Of a DNA stretch of 64,000 bases, positions 39,470 to 50,491 are shown piece by piece (within the stretch, counting starts at the first letter, position 1; every line of letters begins with the position of its first letter). The DNA is from Candidatus Dadabacteria bacterium. Its GTDB lineage: Bacteria > Desulfobacterota_D > UBA1144 > Nemesobacterales > CSP1-2. A program made the translations under genes and the position numbers. The notes beneath the pieces are model-generated. The model made no database searches. It saw nothing but the letters and a program-made list of their open reading frames with translations, and was not told the DNA's origin. The stretch covers positions 96,001-160,000 of the forward strand of contig CAWDVW010000005.1 of the NCBI GenBank assembly GCA_963805855.1, in the 5' to 3' direction.

Positions 39470-39905
39470 AATAACCCTCCTAGGTAGATATTTATTATTA
39501 TAACACTGTAGAAAAATAAAATGGGATAGAATCCACATACAAAAACTTCTTAAGCATTTCATAGGAAACAATTTATCGACAACTGAAGACATTGCTTACA
39601 AGTTGAAATTATCTTATTTAAAATAATAAATCAATCTTTAGCTCTTAAATTTAGCAGAAGAAATGGTATTCCTATGACTCCATCAAAGAGCTTGTCTTTA
39701 ATCCGGTCAAACCTAATATCGTCTCGAGAGACAAGGATGGAATTATTATCGAACGGATTGCGTCCATTAATGCAATTAATGTATAGGACAAGCATTGGAC
39801 TTGCATATTAATCTTTTCCTATTTTATGGTTTTATAATAGGTTATGCTCAAAAATTGATAAATTCCCCTTATTGCGATTAAACTATTACAATCCTCGAAA
39901 GGAGC

Positions 39906-41321
39906 ATGCGTATGAAAGTCAATTTTTTCGAACAAGTATCAAAAAACTTCGATAAGGCGTCACAATACACAAAATATCCGTCTGGATTACTCGACCAGAT
40001 AAAAATATGCAATTGTGTTTTACACGTAACTTTCCCCATAAAGAAAGATGATGGCTCAATAGAAGTAATCGACGGATGGAGAGCCCAACACAGTCATCAT
40101 AAACTTCCAACGAAAGGTGGAATTAGATACAGCCCTAATGTAAATGAAGATGAAGTAATGGCGCTGGCGGCCTTAATGACATATAAATGTGCGATAGTAG
40201 ATGTTCCATTCGGAGGGGCTAAGGGTGCAATTAAAATCGATAGACGAAAATACTCGGAAAGCGAGATAGAGAGAATAACAAGAAGATATACATACAAATT
40301 GACAAAGAAAAATTTCATAGGTCCGGCAATCGATGTTCCCGCCACGGATTACGGAACCCGTCAGCAGGAAATGTCGTGGATACTTGACACATATAAGGCA
40401 CTCACACCGACTGAAATGGACACTATAGCCTGTGTGACAGGTAAACCCGTACCTCAGGGAGGAATCCGGGGCAGAGTGGAAGCGACAGGCCGAGGAGTAT
40501 GCTATGGAATAAAAGAGGCATGCAATGTTTCTGCGGACATGAAAAAAATAGGCCTTGAAAATGGCATAGAAGGAAAGACCGTAGTCGTTCAAGGGCTCGG
40601 AAACGTCGGATATCATGCAGCAAAATTCTTACAGGAGGAAGGGGCATTAATAGTTGGTCTGGCAGAAGTTGAAGGCGCAATTTACAACCCAGAGGGATTC
40701 AATGTCGATATAGTGATGCAACATCGACAAGAAACAAAATCGATTCTCGGTTTTCCAAAGGCGGAAAACATTCATGACAGTTCGAAAGCACTGGAATTAA
40801 AATGCGATATTTTAGTCCCGGCTGCCCTTGAGAACCAAATTACTTTGGAAAATGTAAAGAACATTAAAGCGAAAATCGTAGCCGAAGCCGCCAATGGCCC
40901 TGTAACACCCGAAGCAAATGATATTTTGTTCAATCAAGGCGTCCTGATACTCCCTGATATTTACCTCAACGCTGGGGGAGTCACGGTTTCCTATTTCGAA
41001 TGGCTGAAGAATCTTTCCCATGTTCGATTCGGACGAATGGACAAAAAGTTAGAAGAGAACATAAATACAAGGATTTTAAAGGCCATAGAGGCTCAAACAG
41101 ATAAAAGATTTGATATGGAAACGTTTGTAAATCTTGCCAGGGGTGCCAATGAGGAAGACATTGTAAATTCAGGATTGGAAGAAACAATGGTGAACGCTTA
41201 TAATGAGATTAGAGAGATTCGAAGTAAACACAAAAATAAAATCGACTTGCGAGCTGCGGGTCTCATAAGCGCCATCAACAAAATTGCTACCTCGTACATG
41301 GAGCAGGGCATTTTCCCTTAG
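39906..41321 (+). CDS. gdhA: glutamate dehydrogenase (Glu/Leu/Phe/Val family)
   Basis: [50 protein letters not shown]. Confidence 0.93.
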   Translation: MRMKVNFFEQVSKNFDKASQYTKYPSGLLDQIKICNCVLHVTFPIKKDDGSIEVIDGWRAQHSHHKLPTKGGIRYSPNVNEDEVMALAALMTYKCAIVDVPFGGAKGAIKIDRRKYSESEIERITRRYTYKLTKKNFIGPAIDVPATDYGTRQQEMSWILDTYKALTPTEMDTIACVTGKPVPQGGIRGRVEATGRGVCYGIKEACNVSADMKKIGLENGIEGKTVVVQGLGNVGYHAAKFLQEEGALIVGLAEVEGAIYNPEGFNVDIVMQHRQETKSILGFPKAENIHDSSKALELKCDILVPAALENQITLENVKNIKAKIVAEAANGPVTPEANDILFNQGVLILPDIYLNAGGVTVSYFEWLKNLSHVRFGRMDKKLEENINTRILKAIEAQTDKRFDMETFVNLARGANEEDIVNSGLEETMVNAYNEIREIRSKHKNKIDLRAAGLISAINKIATSYMEQGIFP

Positions 41322-41355
41322 AATCGAAGTCCTGACTTTGCCGAAAATCTTAATA

Positions 41356-42792
41356 TCATAAGAGAGAACTGAATAATCGACAAAAATTTTCGCTAAACCG
41401 AATATAATACGGCCTTCGTAAAAATTCATCCGGAGCGAGCTCGCGACTGTTCTCAAGATCCGAGAGAAAAACCTTGGTGGCAGCATTAGCAAAATCACGG
41501 CTGTACACGTTAACATTGACCTCGAATGAATAACTGAAACTGCGCATATCGACATTTGCGGAGCCAATAACAACAATCTCCCCATCGACCACAAGCATCT
41601 TGGCGTGTATGATTCCCTTCATATATTCGAAAATTTTCACGCCACATTTCAAAAGGTCTTCATAATACGAACGACCAGCTAGCAGTACAAACCTGTGATC
41701 CGAACTCTTCGGAAGCAGCAATACTACATCGACTCCCCGCATTGCAGCAGTCTGCAGGGCTGTAATTATTGTTTGATCAGGAACGAAATAGGGGGTAGTT
41801 AAATACACTGATTTTTTTGCCTTGGTAATAGCGGTGAAGAACACCTTTTGAATAGCGTCTCCAGTTTCATCAGGTCCGCTTGGAACCACCTGAGCCATGT
41901 AATCCCCTTTGGAGTTAACTGGCAAAAAGTAACTATGTGACAAGAGGTCTTCGCCGGTCGCAAAATACCAATCTTCAAAGAAAAGCCACTGTAACTGTAT
42001 GACTGCCGGCCCTTTGATCATGATATGAGTATCGCGCCAACACTTGCCGTCCTGATTTAAAAAATTCTCGCCTATGTTTATACCGCCCGTAAACCCGATA
42101 TTATTGTCAGCGATGAGTATCTTGCGGTGATTTCGCAGGTTTATATTCCAGGGTTTAAAAAAAGTCCTGATTGGTAGAAAGTCCATGGGTTCGATACCGG
42201 CTTCGCGAAAACCTTCAAGAAACTTCCAACTCCATCCTAATTTATGGGATCCAATAGCGTCATATAGAAAATGCACTTTAACGCCCTGACGAGCTTTATC
42301 CGCTAACAAATCCCTAAATCTAGCACCCACCTTATCTGGATAAAAGATATAATATTCCAAACTGATTTGATGCTCCGCTCCTATTATCGCTTCTTCCATT
42401 TTCTGATAGGTTTCCTCAGCATCTACTAGGATTTTCACTTCATTTTTACCAACCGGAGTAAAGAGGCTTAATTCACTGCTAATTCGCATAATATCCCGAA
42501 TTCCCTCAGATAACTTACTACTTGCGTCTGGCAACTTCTTTGATGCCCAAGTCTCCTTTAGATCCGCAAGCTTTGTCCTGAGCCTAAGATTAGAGGCGAG
42601 TTTTTGCTTACCCTTATTTGTAATACGTTCAGTTCCAACTAGCAAGTACAAAAATGCGCCTACGAATGGAAGAAAAAGAATAGCCATAATCCAGGCAATG
42701 GCTGAACTCGGTCTCTTCTTTTGTGTTATCACCACGGGAAGAAGAAGAAAAGTTAGAAAGTACAAGATTAGAGCTATAGTATTCAGCAACAT
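41356..42792 (-). CDS. cls: cardiolipin synthase
   Basis: N-terminal TM pair, two HKD motifs (NHRKILIAD, IHAKMLVVD), WRDTH, SGPD, TPYFVPD. Confidence 0.92.
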   Translation of the reverse strand: MLLNTIALILYFLTFLLLPVVITQKKRPSSAIAWIMAILFLPFVGAFLYLLVGTERITNKGKQKLASNLRLRTKLADLKETWASKKLPDASSKLSEGIRDIMRISSELSLFTPVGKNEVKILVDAEETYQKMEEAIIGAEHQISLEYYIFYPDKVGARFRDLLADKARQGVKVHFLYDAIGSHKLGWSWKFLEGFREAGIEPMDFLPIRTFFKPWNINLRNHRKILIADNNIGFTGGINIGENFLNQDGKCWRDTHIMIKGPAVIQLQWLFFEDWYFATGEDLLSHSYFLPVNSKGDYMAQVVPSGPDETGDAIQKVFFTAITKAKKSVYLTTPYFVPDQTIITALQTAAMRGVDVVLLLPKSSDHRFVLLAGRSYYEDLLKCGVKIFEYMKGIIHAKMLVVDGEIVVIGSANVDMRSFSYSFEVNVNVYSRDFANAATKVFLSDLENSRELAPDEFLRRPYYIRFSENFCRLFSSLL

Positions 42793-43135
42793 ATGTAGTG
42801 CATTGTCTTATTTTTTATCCGAAAATCAAGTAATGCTGAGTCGCATTGCTTAGATTCATTAGGGAAACAACTCCGGATTTTAATTATATTCTTACCATGG
42901 TAATTCTATCACACTTTTAAACATTTTCTCGCTACACAGCGAACTGAAGACCTTTGGGGATAACATATAGTACTAATTTCTTTATCTCCAGAAACAGGAT
43001 ATATTTACACAACAGAAGTCAGTGACGATGAAAACATGGCTATTGTTATGAGGAATGAAATTTCTACCGAATAAAAATGAATAAGATCTGAGAAAAGCTA
43101 TGGAAGCTAGCAAACGCTTAAATTACTGAATTCAA

Positions 43136-44482
43136 ATGCAAACGAAATTATTAAATCTCTGGTACAAGATAAGGGCAAGCTACTGGTTTATACCGTCCTT
43201 GATGTTAATCATTGCATTTTGGCTTTCTTTAGTGTTGATCTATGTCGATGTGCTCGCCTATAACATGGGATGGTTTGATTCATTAAATAAATTTTATCCG
43301 AGTAAACCAGAGGGGGCGCGAGCTCTACTTTCCACCGTTGCAGGGTCTATGATTACAGTTGCAGGCGTAGTCTTCTCAATTACTATGGTAGCACTTACCC
43401 TCGCTTCCTCTCAATTCGGGCCGAGGCTCCTCGTAAACTTCATGCGGGATAGGGGTAATCAACTAGTACTTGGAACCTTCATTTCTACATTTGTATACTG
43501 TTTGCTTGTCTTGCGCACGATCCGAAGCGGTGAAGATACGTCATTTGTTCCACAGGTCGCTGTGACCTTCGCCCTCATGATGACGATAGCAAGCATCATC
43601 GTTTTCATTTACTTTATTCATCATGCTTCTTCTTCCATACAGGCTTCACATGTAATAGCCACAGTTAATGGCGATTTACGAAACACAATCAACAGGCTTT
43701 TCCCAGAAAAGATAGATTACGAAGAACATGATAAATGGTCTCACCTCAGGATACTAAGCGACATCCCTTCGAATTTCGAAAAGGAGACTATTGAAATTAC
43801 TGCCCCCCGAAGTGGTTATCTCCAAGCCATAGATGTAAATGGTCTTATAAACATTGCTACAGATGCTGGGATTATTATTAAACTTGAGCTGCGTCCGGGA
43901 AATTATGTAATCGAACTAAGCAAGCTTGCCAGTGTCTGGCCCGGAGAAAAAATTAATCAGGGGCAAACGGATAAAGTAATAGATGTATTTATTATTGGAC
44001 AGGATCGCACTTATGAACAAGACTTGGAATTTGCATTCGATCAACTAGTTGAGATTGCTATTCGAGCCCTCTCTCCCGGAATAAACGACCCGTTCACTGC
44101 TATAATGTGTATTGATAGAATAGGATCTGCATTATCCCAGTTGGCCCAGAGACAATTCCCCTCTCCCTATCTCTATAATAAAAATAACAAGCTATGTGTA
44201 ATTTCCAAACCCACTCTATTTTCAGACATCGCTGACGCCGCATTTAACCAGATCAGGCAATATGGCCGTTCGAGCACAGCCGTGACAATTCATCTATTGG
44301 AATTAATCGGGAAAATAGCACCACATATAAAGAGAGACGAGGATCGACAAGCTCTCATACGTCATGCGGACATGATTATGCGTGGAAGCGAAGTTGGACT
44401 GCCAGAACAACTCGATCGGAAGGATGTTAAAGAGAGATATCAAATTGCGGTTCAAGCATTATCAAATATAGAAGTCAGTTAA
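43136..44482 (+). CDS. DUF2254-family membrane protein
   Basis: SYWFIP, FSITMVAL.LASSQF.PRLL, SGYLQ, RALSPGINDP.TA. Confidence 0.88.
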   Translation: MQTKLLNLWYKIRASYWFIPSLMLIIAFWLSLVLIYVDVLAYNMGWFDSLNKFYPSKPEGARALLSTVAGSMITVAGVVFSITMVALTLASSQFGPRLLVNFMRDRGNQLVLGTFISTFVYCLLVLRTIRSGEDTSFVPQVAVTFALMMTIASIIVFIYFIHHASSSIQASHVIATVNGDLRNTINRLFPEKIDYEEHDKWSHLRILSDIPSNFEKETIEITAPRSGYLQAIDVNGLINIATDAGIIIKLELRPGNYVIELSKLASVWPGEKINQGQTDKVIDVFIIGQDRTYEQDLEFAFDQLVEIAIRALSPGINDPFTAIMCIDRIGSALSQLAQRQFPSPYLYNKNNKLCVISKPTLFSDIADAAFNQIRQYGRSSTAVTIHLLELIGKIAPHIKRDEDRQALIRHADMIMRGSEVGLPEQLDRKDVKERYQIAVQALSNIEVS

Positions 44483-45469
44483 TTAGTCTTTAGGCATCCC
44501 GCTTTTATCAACCTGCTGTATCTGAGTTCTCGGATACACCGGCTTTATCCTAGCAGCGTTTTCTGGCTTGGTAAATTCAGCAAATATGCTCTCAAGGATT
44601 GCATTTTTTGTGCCTCTCCTTTCCCTAGCTGGCACTAGATACCTCAGATTGAGGTTAACCCATGAGTCTTCAAAGGTTATGAACACCTCAGGTTCTTCAG
44701 ATATTCTGTAATCCAATTTCGATTGCTTCAGAATTTCCCTGTATCTACGAATAGGTTCAACCATGCTATCTCCAAGAATTTGATGTGCTGCTTTTAGGAC
44801 AGCAACTTTTGTGAGAACAAAATCGCTCTCGTACGACATCGAAACCGCGAGTTCATCCCAAATATATTCAAAGTCTCTTGTATAATTAAAGACGGAAGTT
44901 TGGAGGACAAGGCTATTTGGGATTGTAATTAGTCTTCCACTTGGTTGTTCAGCCGTAAACCATGTTGATCCATATTCCCAAACTACCGTATTTAAAAAAT
45001 CAATCTGTGTAACGTCCCCGTAAATGTCATTTACTCTAATCCTATCACCCACTCGATAATATCTTTTAATATTTATTAGTATCCAACCAGTAAAACAGAG
45101 TATTGGAGTTTGAAGCGCCCAGGTGATCCCAAGCCCTACCAGACCCAGGGATGTAATAAAAGAAGAAACACTACCCACAAGAATAGACAATGCAGCCAGG
45201 ACTGCAACGATATTTAATAAAAGTGAAAATACCGCAATCAAAGCGTCACGCTGATCAAATCTTCTGAGTAAATTATCTAAAAGTGGTCTCAAAAGCCTGT
45301 TCAAAAGTTGTGCTAAAATGATCAGTAAAACTGCCGTAAATAGTTTGGGTAGGAAATTAACAAATGAGTCTTTAAGCTTGATCAGAGAGACATCTTGACC
45401 GAGAATAAAAGTCAGAACAATTAGTGCTATCAAAATAACTATAAGAGATATGGCCGTCCAAATTCTCAT
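44483..45469 (-). CDS. small-conductance mechanosensitive channel (MscS family)
   Basis: GLVGLG.TWALQ, YRVGDRI...DIYGDV, SGRLITIPNS, VFNYT. Confidence 0.9.
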   Translation of the reverse strand: MRIWTAISLIVILIALIVLTFILGQDVSLIKLKDSFVNFLPKLFTAVLLIILAQLLNRLLRPLLDNLLRRFDQRDALIAVFSLLLNIVAVLAALSILVGSVSSFITSLGLVGLGITWALQTPILCFTGWILINIKRYYRVGDRIRVNDIYGDVTQIDFLNTVVWEYGSTWFTAEQPSGRLITIPNSLVLQTSVFNYTRDFEYIWDELAVSMSYESDFVLTKVAVLKAAHQILGDSMVEPIRRYREILKQSKLDYRISEEPEVFITFEDSWVNLNLRYLVPARERRGTKNAILESIFAEFTKPENAARIKPVYPRTQIQQVDKSGMPKD

Positions 45470-45658
45470 AAGAGTGAAAGAGTTTTAAAAACAGTCTTAA
45501 TCATTAAAGAAAGATTATGACCACAAAAAATAAAAACGCAGATGATCTTACAAACTATTACTTTTCGTTTTCCTCTTACCATCCCAGTGATTCGAATAGA
45601 AAAACAATTGAAAATACATTAGACCAAAATAATTGATATTTTATATTAATAATTAAGA

Positions 45659-47032
45659 TCAATTTGCGTATTGTCCCCTAAACTGGTCAGTATTTACTGG
45701 AGTGATATTCATCCCGAATGAATCGTTCATGACCTTTATGAATTCATTCGCTATTATTGCATATCCGGCATTATTTGGATGGACCCCATCAAGACTGAAC
45801 GCAGTATTCACATTATCAACCAGTACGAATTCTCCAGTAAAACCATCAACACCTTGGTTGTTGATCCTAGACAGCAGGTCATTAGCGTTAACTACGGGCA
45901 CATTCAAGTCGAATGCGATATCAGAGATCGATGAATTAAACTCCTCCACAGTATTTTGAATGATATCTTGTTCTGAAGATGTTAATGTGAACTCACCATT
46001 AAAGGGCATGCCAGATGGAACTAAACCATTATTTTGAATTTCCATCATCAATTGCTCTGCATCGTCCATTGTAAAACCCAAGTCAATAAGTGCATTCAGG
46101 TCTGGAATCCCAATCCCATCGTTTTCATATGGCCTGCGGGACGAAAGTAATAGATGAACCACATCGCTCTCATTGGTCAGAATTGGGATAAACAGGCCAT
46201 CCCCAAAATCGATGGGCTGAAAATTCTGATCATACAATACCGGGACAGGGGTATTAATCCCCAAAGCCGGAACGGTTCTGAAAATCCTATCGAAAAGGTT
46301 AATGAAAGGAATGTCTACAACATCGGGAATGTTAGCAACCACTATCGATGCAGATGTGTTGTTTCGTAACTTTGTCAATGAGTCTCTATACTCGGCATCG
46401 AATTTTTCTTTCGGTGTGATCCTATTTAGGTCCCCTCCATGTAACGCAGCACTTATAACATCATTACCTCCAATCCAGAACGAAATGATCTCAGGATCTA
46501 AATTGATAGCCTGGTCCAGCTGTGATCCCATTCCTCGTAAAATTAAAAAACGCAAATCATCGATCCTTGCATTATCATCGATGTCAAAAAGGGCATCGCC
46601 TGGGATCCCCAAGTTGTCGTATGGTCTCGGCAAGAGGGGATTTAATGCCAGACCGAATATATCTTCGACCTGTAAATCGTCTTCTACAATTTCACCATTT
46701 CTAAACATCAAGGGTGTCTTCCCGGGATTTGCGCCTATGCCCGGTCTACCAATCAAAGGCTGTTCGAAATCACCAACTCCAAGCTGCTGTGCAATAAAAA
46801 ACGGAAAGCTGTGCTGCTGGAAATCTATCACCAAGCCATTTGACTGCACCCCGGTAGTTAGACTGTCTCCTACAGCCACGTATTTTCTTGATCCAAAATC
46901 CACTACGCCATCGCCATTATCAACCCCAACACCATCGCAAGAGGAAACCAGCCAGACACCGAGTAAACAAAATAATGAAATTATAATTCCTCTCAAATTT
47001 TCTCCCTCCTTCACAATCTTTATTAAAGTCAA
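45659..47032 (-). CDS. SGNH/GDSL-family lipolytic lipoprotein
   Basis: Lipobox VSSC; AVGDSLT, NLGIPG, WIG.ND, FSLDGVHPN. Confidence 0.85.
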   Translation of the reverse strand: MTLIKIVKEGENLRGIIISLFCLLGVWLVSSCDGVGVDNGDGVVDFGSRKYVAVGDSLTTGVQSNGLVIDFQQHSFPFFIAQQLGVGDFEQPLIGRPGIGANPGKTPLMFRNGEIVEDDLQVEDIFGLALNPLLPRPYDNLGIPGDALFDIDDNARIDDLRFLILRGMGSQLDQAINLDPEIISFWIGGNDVISAALHGGDLNRITPKEKFDAEYRDSLTKLRNNTSASIVVANIPDVVDIPFINLFDRIFRTVPALGINTPVPVLYDQNFQPIDFGDGLFIPILTNESDVVHLLLSSRRPYENDGIGIPDLNALIDLGFTMDDAEQLMMEIQNNGLVPSGMPFNGEFTLTSSEQDIIQNTVEEFNSSISDIAFDLNVPVVNANDLLSRINNQGVDGFTGEFVLVDNVNTAFSLDGVHPNNAGYAIIANEFIKVMNDSFGMNITPVNTDQFRGQYAN

Positions 47033-47139
47033 TGCTCTATCGTATGTATCGTCATGACCTTATTATAATTTAACATTCGAAATTACTTCTAGGAAATTAA
47101 TAGACAGAAAACCTATGATCGATAGCATACAATTAGTAG

Positions 47140-47496
47140 GTCAAATTTGCTGAAGTCTTTGGGCGCTCGGAAGTCTATCAGCTTCCCGTCGAGAATAGCA
47201 GCGCAGAGGAGGAAAAGCTCCCAAAACACCTTCGGGGTAGGACTTTATTCGGAGCAGATGTTACGTACTCCCGCCTATCGGAAATTATTGAATCAGGTGC
47301 TCTTATTGAGAGGATCCCAATAACGGACGACTTCGACCTTGAAAAGTTTATATCCTCTTATGGAAAGTCAGCCATTCCACTATTCTTAATTAATGATGGA
47401 AATACTTTAACTGTTTTCGCTGATGACAATCCCCCTACCCCTCAAACCGGTCAAGTACTAATATCACTAGTCAATCCAGCAAACGAGAAAAATTAG
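47140..47496 (+). pseudogene. C-terminal remnant of an NhaP/CPA1-type cation:proton antiporter
   Basis: 118 open codons with no ATG/GTG/TTG, preceded by TAG TAG: FAEVFGRSEVYQL..LRGRTLF..YGKSAIPLF..P.PQTGQVLISLV; absent from the ORF track. Confidence 0.65.
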
Positions 47497-47612
47497 GTTA
47501 AGGCTTACCGCAAATTTAATTCACAGCTCGAAGATGCTGAGTGAAAATCATAAATTCAGAACTAAATCAAAATTATTTAGCCACGCTAAAATAAATTCTA
47601 CGGTCCCGAGAT

Positions 47613-48566
47613 TTATTCGGAATGCTCCTCAAGAAATTTTTCGGCATCCATAGCCGCCATACACCCTGAACCTGCTGCTGTTATAGCCTGCCTATATATG
47701 TGATCCTGCACATCCCCTGCGGCAAACACACCGGCGATATTGGTTCTTGTTTCACCATCTCTTGTAATAATATATCCGGTGTCATCCATTTCAACTTGAC
47801 CCTTTAATATTTGTGTATTTGGGTTATGACCAATTGCAATGAAGAGCCCCTGACATTCTTTGATGGTTGTTTCTCCCGTCTTTACATCCTCAATTTTAAC
47901 CCCAGTCACACCTTTTTCCGCATCGCCGATGATCTCTTGCACAACGGTATCCCATAGGAAATTAATTTTTGGATTGTTAAATGCTTTTTCCTGCAATATT
48001 TTTGAGGCCCGAAGCTTGTCTCTTCGATGAATTATCGTAACCTTGGAAGCAAATTTTGTAAGAAATATGCCTTCCTCTATGGCCGTGTCTCCACCACCAA
48101 CGACCACAAGCTCTTTACCCTTAAAGAAAAATCCATCACAAGTTGCGCAGGTAGACACACCGTGACCAAGTAGCCGCTTTTCTGATTCGAGACTAAGAAG
48201 TTTCGCAGAAGCTCCGGAAGCAATGATAAAAGTATCCGCCTCTATAACAACCTCGCCGGCAACAACTTTAAAAGGCCTTTGGGTTAAATCAACGGAGTTA
48301 ACTTGAGCCGATACGCATTTCGCGCCAAATTTCTCAGCCTGCTTTCTCATGTTATCAATAAGCTCCGGGCCCTGGACACCATCCGGAAAACCAGGATAAT
48401 TTTCAACACCTGTAGTTAACGTGAGCTGTCCGCCTGCCTCAATCCCTTCGAAAACAATTGGTTCCAAGTTAGCCCTGGCGGTATAGAGCGCTGCGGTAAG
48501 CCCTGCTGGGCCCGATCCCATAATAACAACCTTGTACCTACCCTTTAATTCACTAGACTTCACCAT
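47613..48566 (-). CDS. trxB: thioredoxin-disulfide reductase
   Basis: GSGPAG, GGQL, VENYPGF, CATCDG, VGGGDTA.EE, HRRD, FAAGDV. Confidence 0.97.
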   Translation of the reverse strand: MVKSSELKGRYKVVIMGSGPAGLTAALYTARANLEPIVFEGIEAGGQLTLTTGVENYPGFPDGVQGPELIDNMRKQAEKFGAKCVSAQVNSVDLTQRPFKVVAGEVVIEADTFIIASGASAKLLSLESEKRLLGHGVSTCATCDGFFFKGKELVVVGGGDTAIEEGIFLTKFASKVTIIHRRDKLRASKILQEKAFNNPKINFLWDTVVQEIIGDAEKGVTGVKIEDVKTGETTIKECQGLFIAIGHNPNTQILKGQVEMDDTGYIITRDGETRTNIAGVFAAGDVQDHIYRQAITAAGSGCMAAMDAEKFLEEHSE

Positions 48567-48790
48567 TCAGTTTCCCTTTTCTTAGTTGATTTAGTTTATA
48601 CTACATTTAGTAACAACATTTTCAAGTTGAGTAAAACAATCCCCCACCGTTCTCTAAGTTATTACACACTTTAACTTAGATGAGGCAACCTATTTGAAGA
48701 TTCAAGGATCCTGGCTATCGGTTCACAGATTTTTGCTAGTATTAACTTAACATATATATTTTATATAATAATAATTAGCAAGAATAAGTT

Positions 48791-49882
48791 ATGAAAAAGA
48801 CGACACTGTACGATACACAATCATTACAGGGAGCAGAATTCGAAGAGTTCTCAGGCTGGAGGATGCCGAAAAGCTACGGCAGTCTTTTAGACGAATACAA
48901 CGCAGTGAGAAACAATGTGGGAATCGTTGATTTGTCACACCATGGGAAAATAAAGCTAGGCGGCAAGGAGCATATAAAGTTTCTTCAAGGTATCCTCTCA
49001 AACGATGTAAAAAAGCTCGAAGAGGGCAACGGACAATATTCAACCTTTCTTACGCCGAAAGGAAGGACTATAACTGACATGAGGCTCTATAGAAAAGGGG
49101 ATTCTGTTCTTCTTGACTTAGAACCAGGCGTTAGCGAAAAGGTTAGAGAACTATTCTTAAAATATAAGATTTCTTATAAGGTAGATATTGAAGATGTTAC
49201 TGATAGCCTATCGCTTATTTCAGTCCATGGACCAAACGCAAAAAAACTCGTTGAAAAAACGTTAGGAAAACGAATTCCTGACTTAAAAGAGTACGACTTC
49301 ATCACGTCTGAGACAAATGGCCAAGAGCTTTTAATCGCTAATATGAACAGGACTGGAGAATTGGGGTTTGACATATTTGTATCCTCTGATGGTACAAATA
49401 AAACCCTTTGGGAAAATTTAATAGCACAAGGAGAGGAATTTGATGCTAAACCGGTCGGACTTGATGCATTTGAAACCCTGAGAATTGAAGCGGGAATACC
49501 CAGGTTTGGAGTGGATATGAATGAAAATACAATTCCTATTGAAGCCGGGATATGGAACGCATTGAGCTTCGAAAAGGGGTGCTATGTTGGGCAAGAGGTA
49601 ATAGCAAGGATTAAGTGGAGGGGACACGTAAATTGGCATTTAACAGGGCTTAAGATTGATGGAGATGATATTCCAAAAATGGATAGCAAGATAATACGTG
49701 GTGAACGCGAAATTGGATATATCACAAGCAGCGCATTCTCACCCAAGTTAAATCAAATAATCGCACTGGGGTATATACGAAGAGAATTCAGTAATCCCGG
49801 GGCTCAGGTTACCATCAAAATGGAATCAAACAAAACTGTTTCAGCTGAAGTCAGTGAGATACCGTTTTATAACCGAGGCTGA
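48791..49882 (+). CDS. YgfZ/GcvT-family folate-binding protein
   Basis: GcvT-like N-terminus, LRIEAGIP, YgfZ signature KGCYVGQE. Confidence 0.88.
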   Translation: MKKTTLYDTQSLQGAEFEEFSGWRMPKSYGSLLDEYNAVRNNVGIVDLSHHGKIKLGGKEHIKFLQGILSNDVKKLEEGNGQYSTFLTPKGRTITDMRLYRKGDSVLLDLEPGVSEKVRELFLKYKISYKVDIEDVTDSLSLISVHGPNAKKLVEKTLGKRIPDLKEYDFITSETNGQELLIANMNRTGELGFDIFVSSDGTNKTLWENLIAQGEEFDAKPVGLDAFETLRIEAGIPRFGVDMNENTIPIEAGIWNALSFEKGCYVGQEVIARIKWRGHVNWHLTGLKIDGDDIPKMDSKIIRGEREIGYITSSAFSPKLNQIIALGYIRREFSNPGAQVTIKMESNKTVSAEVSEIPFYNRG

Positions 49883-50491
49883 TTCTTCACGATCAATAAA
49901 ACACGCTTAATTGTTTCTCATAACTTCTCCAGTCTACTCTTAATTACCGAACGGGAAATATTGGACGTATATACCGACATCTCATTTCGGACATCCATTA
50001 CAATCACAAAGATGCATTCCGGCTGTATATCCATGGAACGTCACTGTCGCTACAATAGATTACATAAGAGTCACTTCAACTAAAAGACAGATAATCATCT
50101 AGAATCTAGGCTTACCGGTCCTAACCGATCCTACCAATGCGATTCATTACCACAACAAATCTCATTTTAAATTAAGACAATTTATCGTTTCTCATCTGCG
50201 TGATAAATTATTTTGATAATCATTGTATTTTGTATTAGCATAGTATATAGTATGCTTTACATTGGGGACTTTACTTTAATATTGCCAATGAGAAAAACAA
50301 GATTAGGCGGAGTCTTAATGTAAGTTGTAAGGTAATAAATGTAACAAGCCGAGTTTATTAGATATTTTAAGATCTGGGATAGTTGGGTTGAGCGTTAAAC
50401 ATTGCTAAAGCCGGAGGACGCAACCTCGTTTCATTGTTTCATTCATTTGATTTCACTAAACTCATCTTGTTAGCAACGAGAGGAGGAAAAC

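Noticed and set aside
42925-43075. Protein-like stretch (IVLISLSPETGYIYTTEVSDDENMAIVMRNEISTE) between cls and DUF2254
   Set aside because: Could be a decayed gene, but it is short, lacks an upstream start and matches no family I recognise
46302-47057. 251-aa plus-strand ORF
   Set aside because: Antisense to the GDSL lipoprotein, Ser/Pro-rich, no motifs
49883-50491. 600-bp intergenic region upstream of mreB as a possible ncRNA or small ORF
   Set aside because: No recognisable RNA motif or long stem; only short ORFs of under ~40 codons seen
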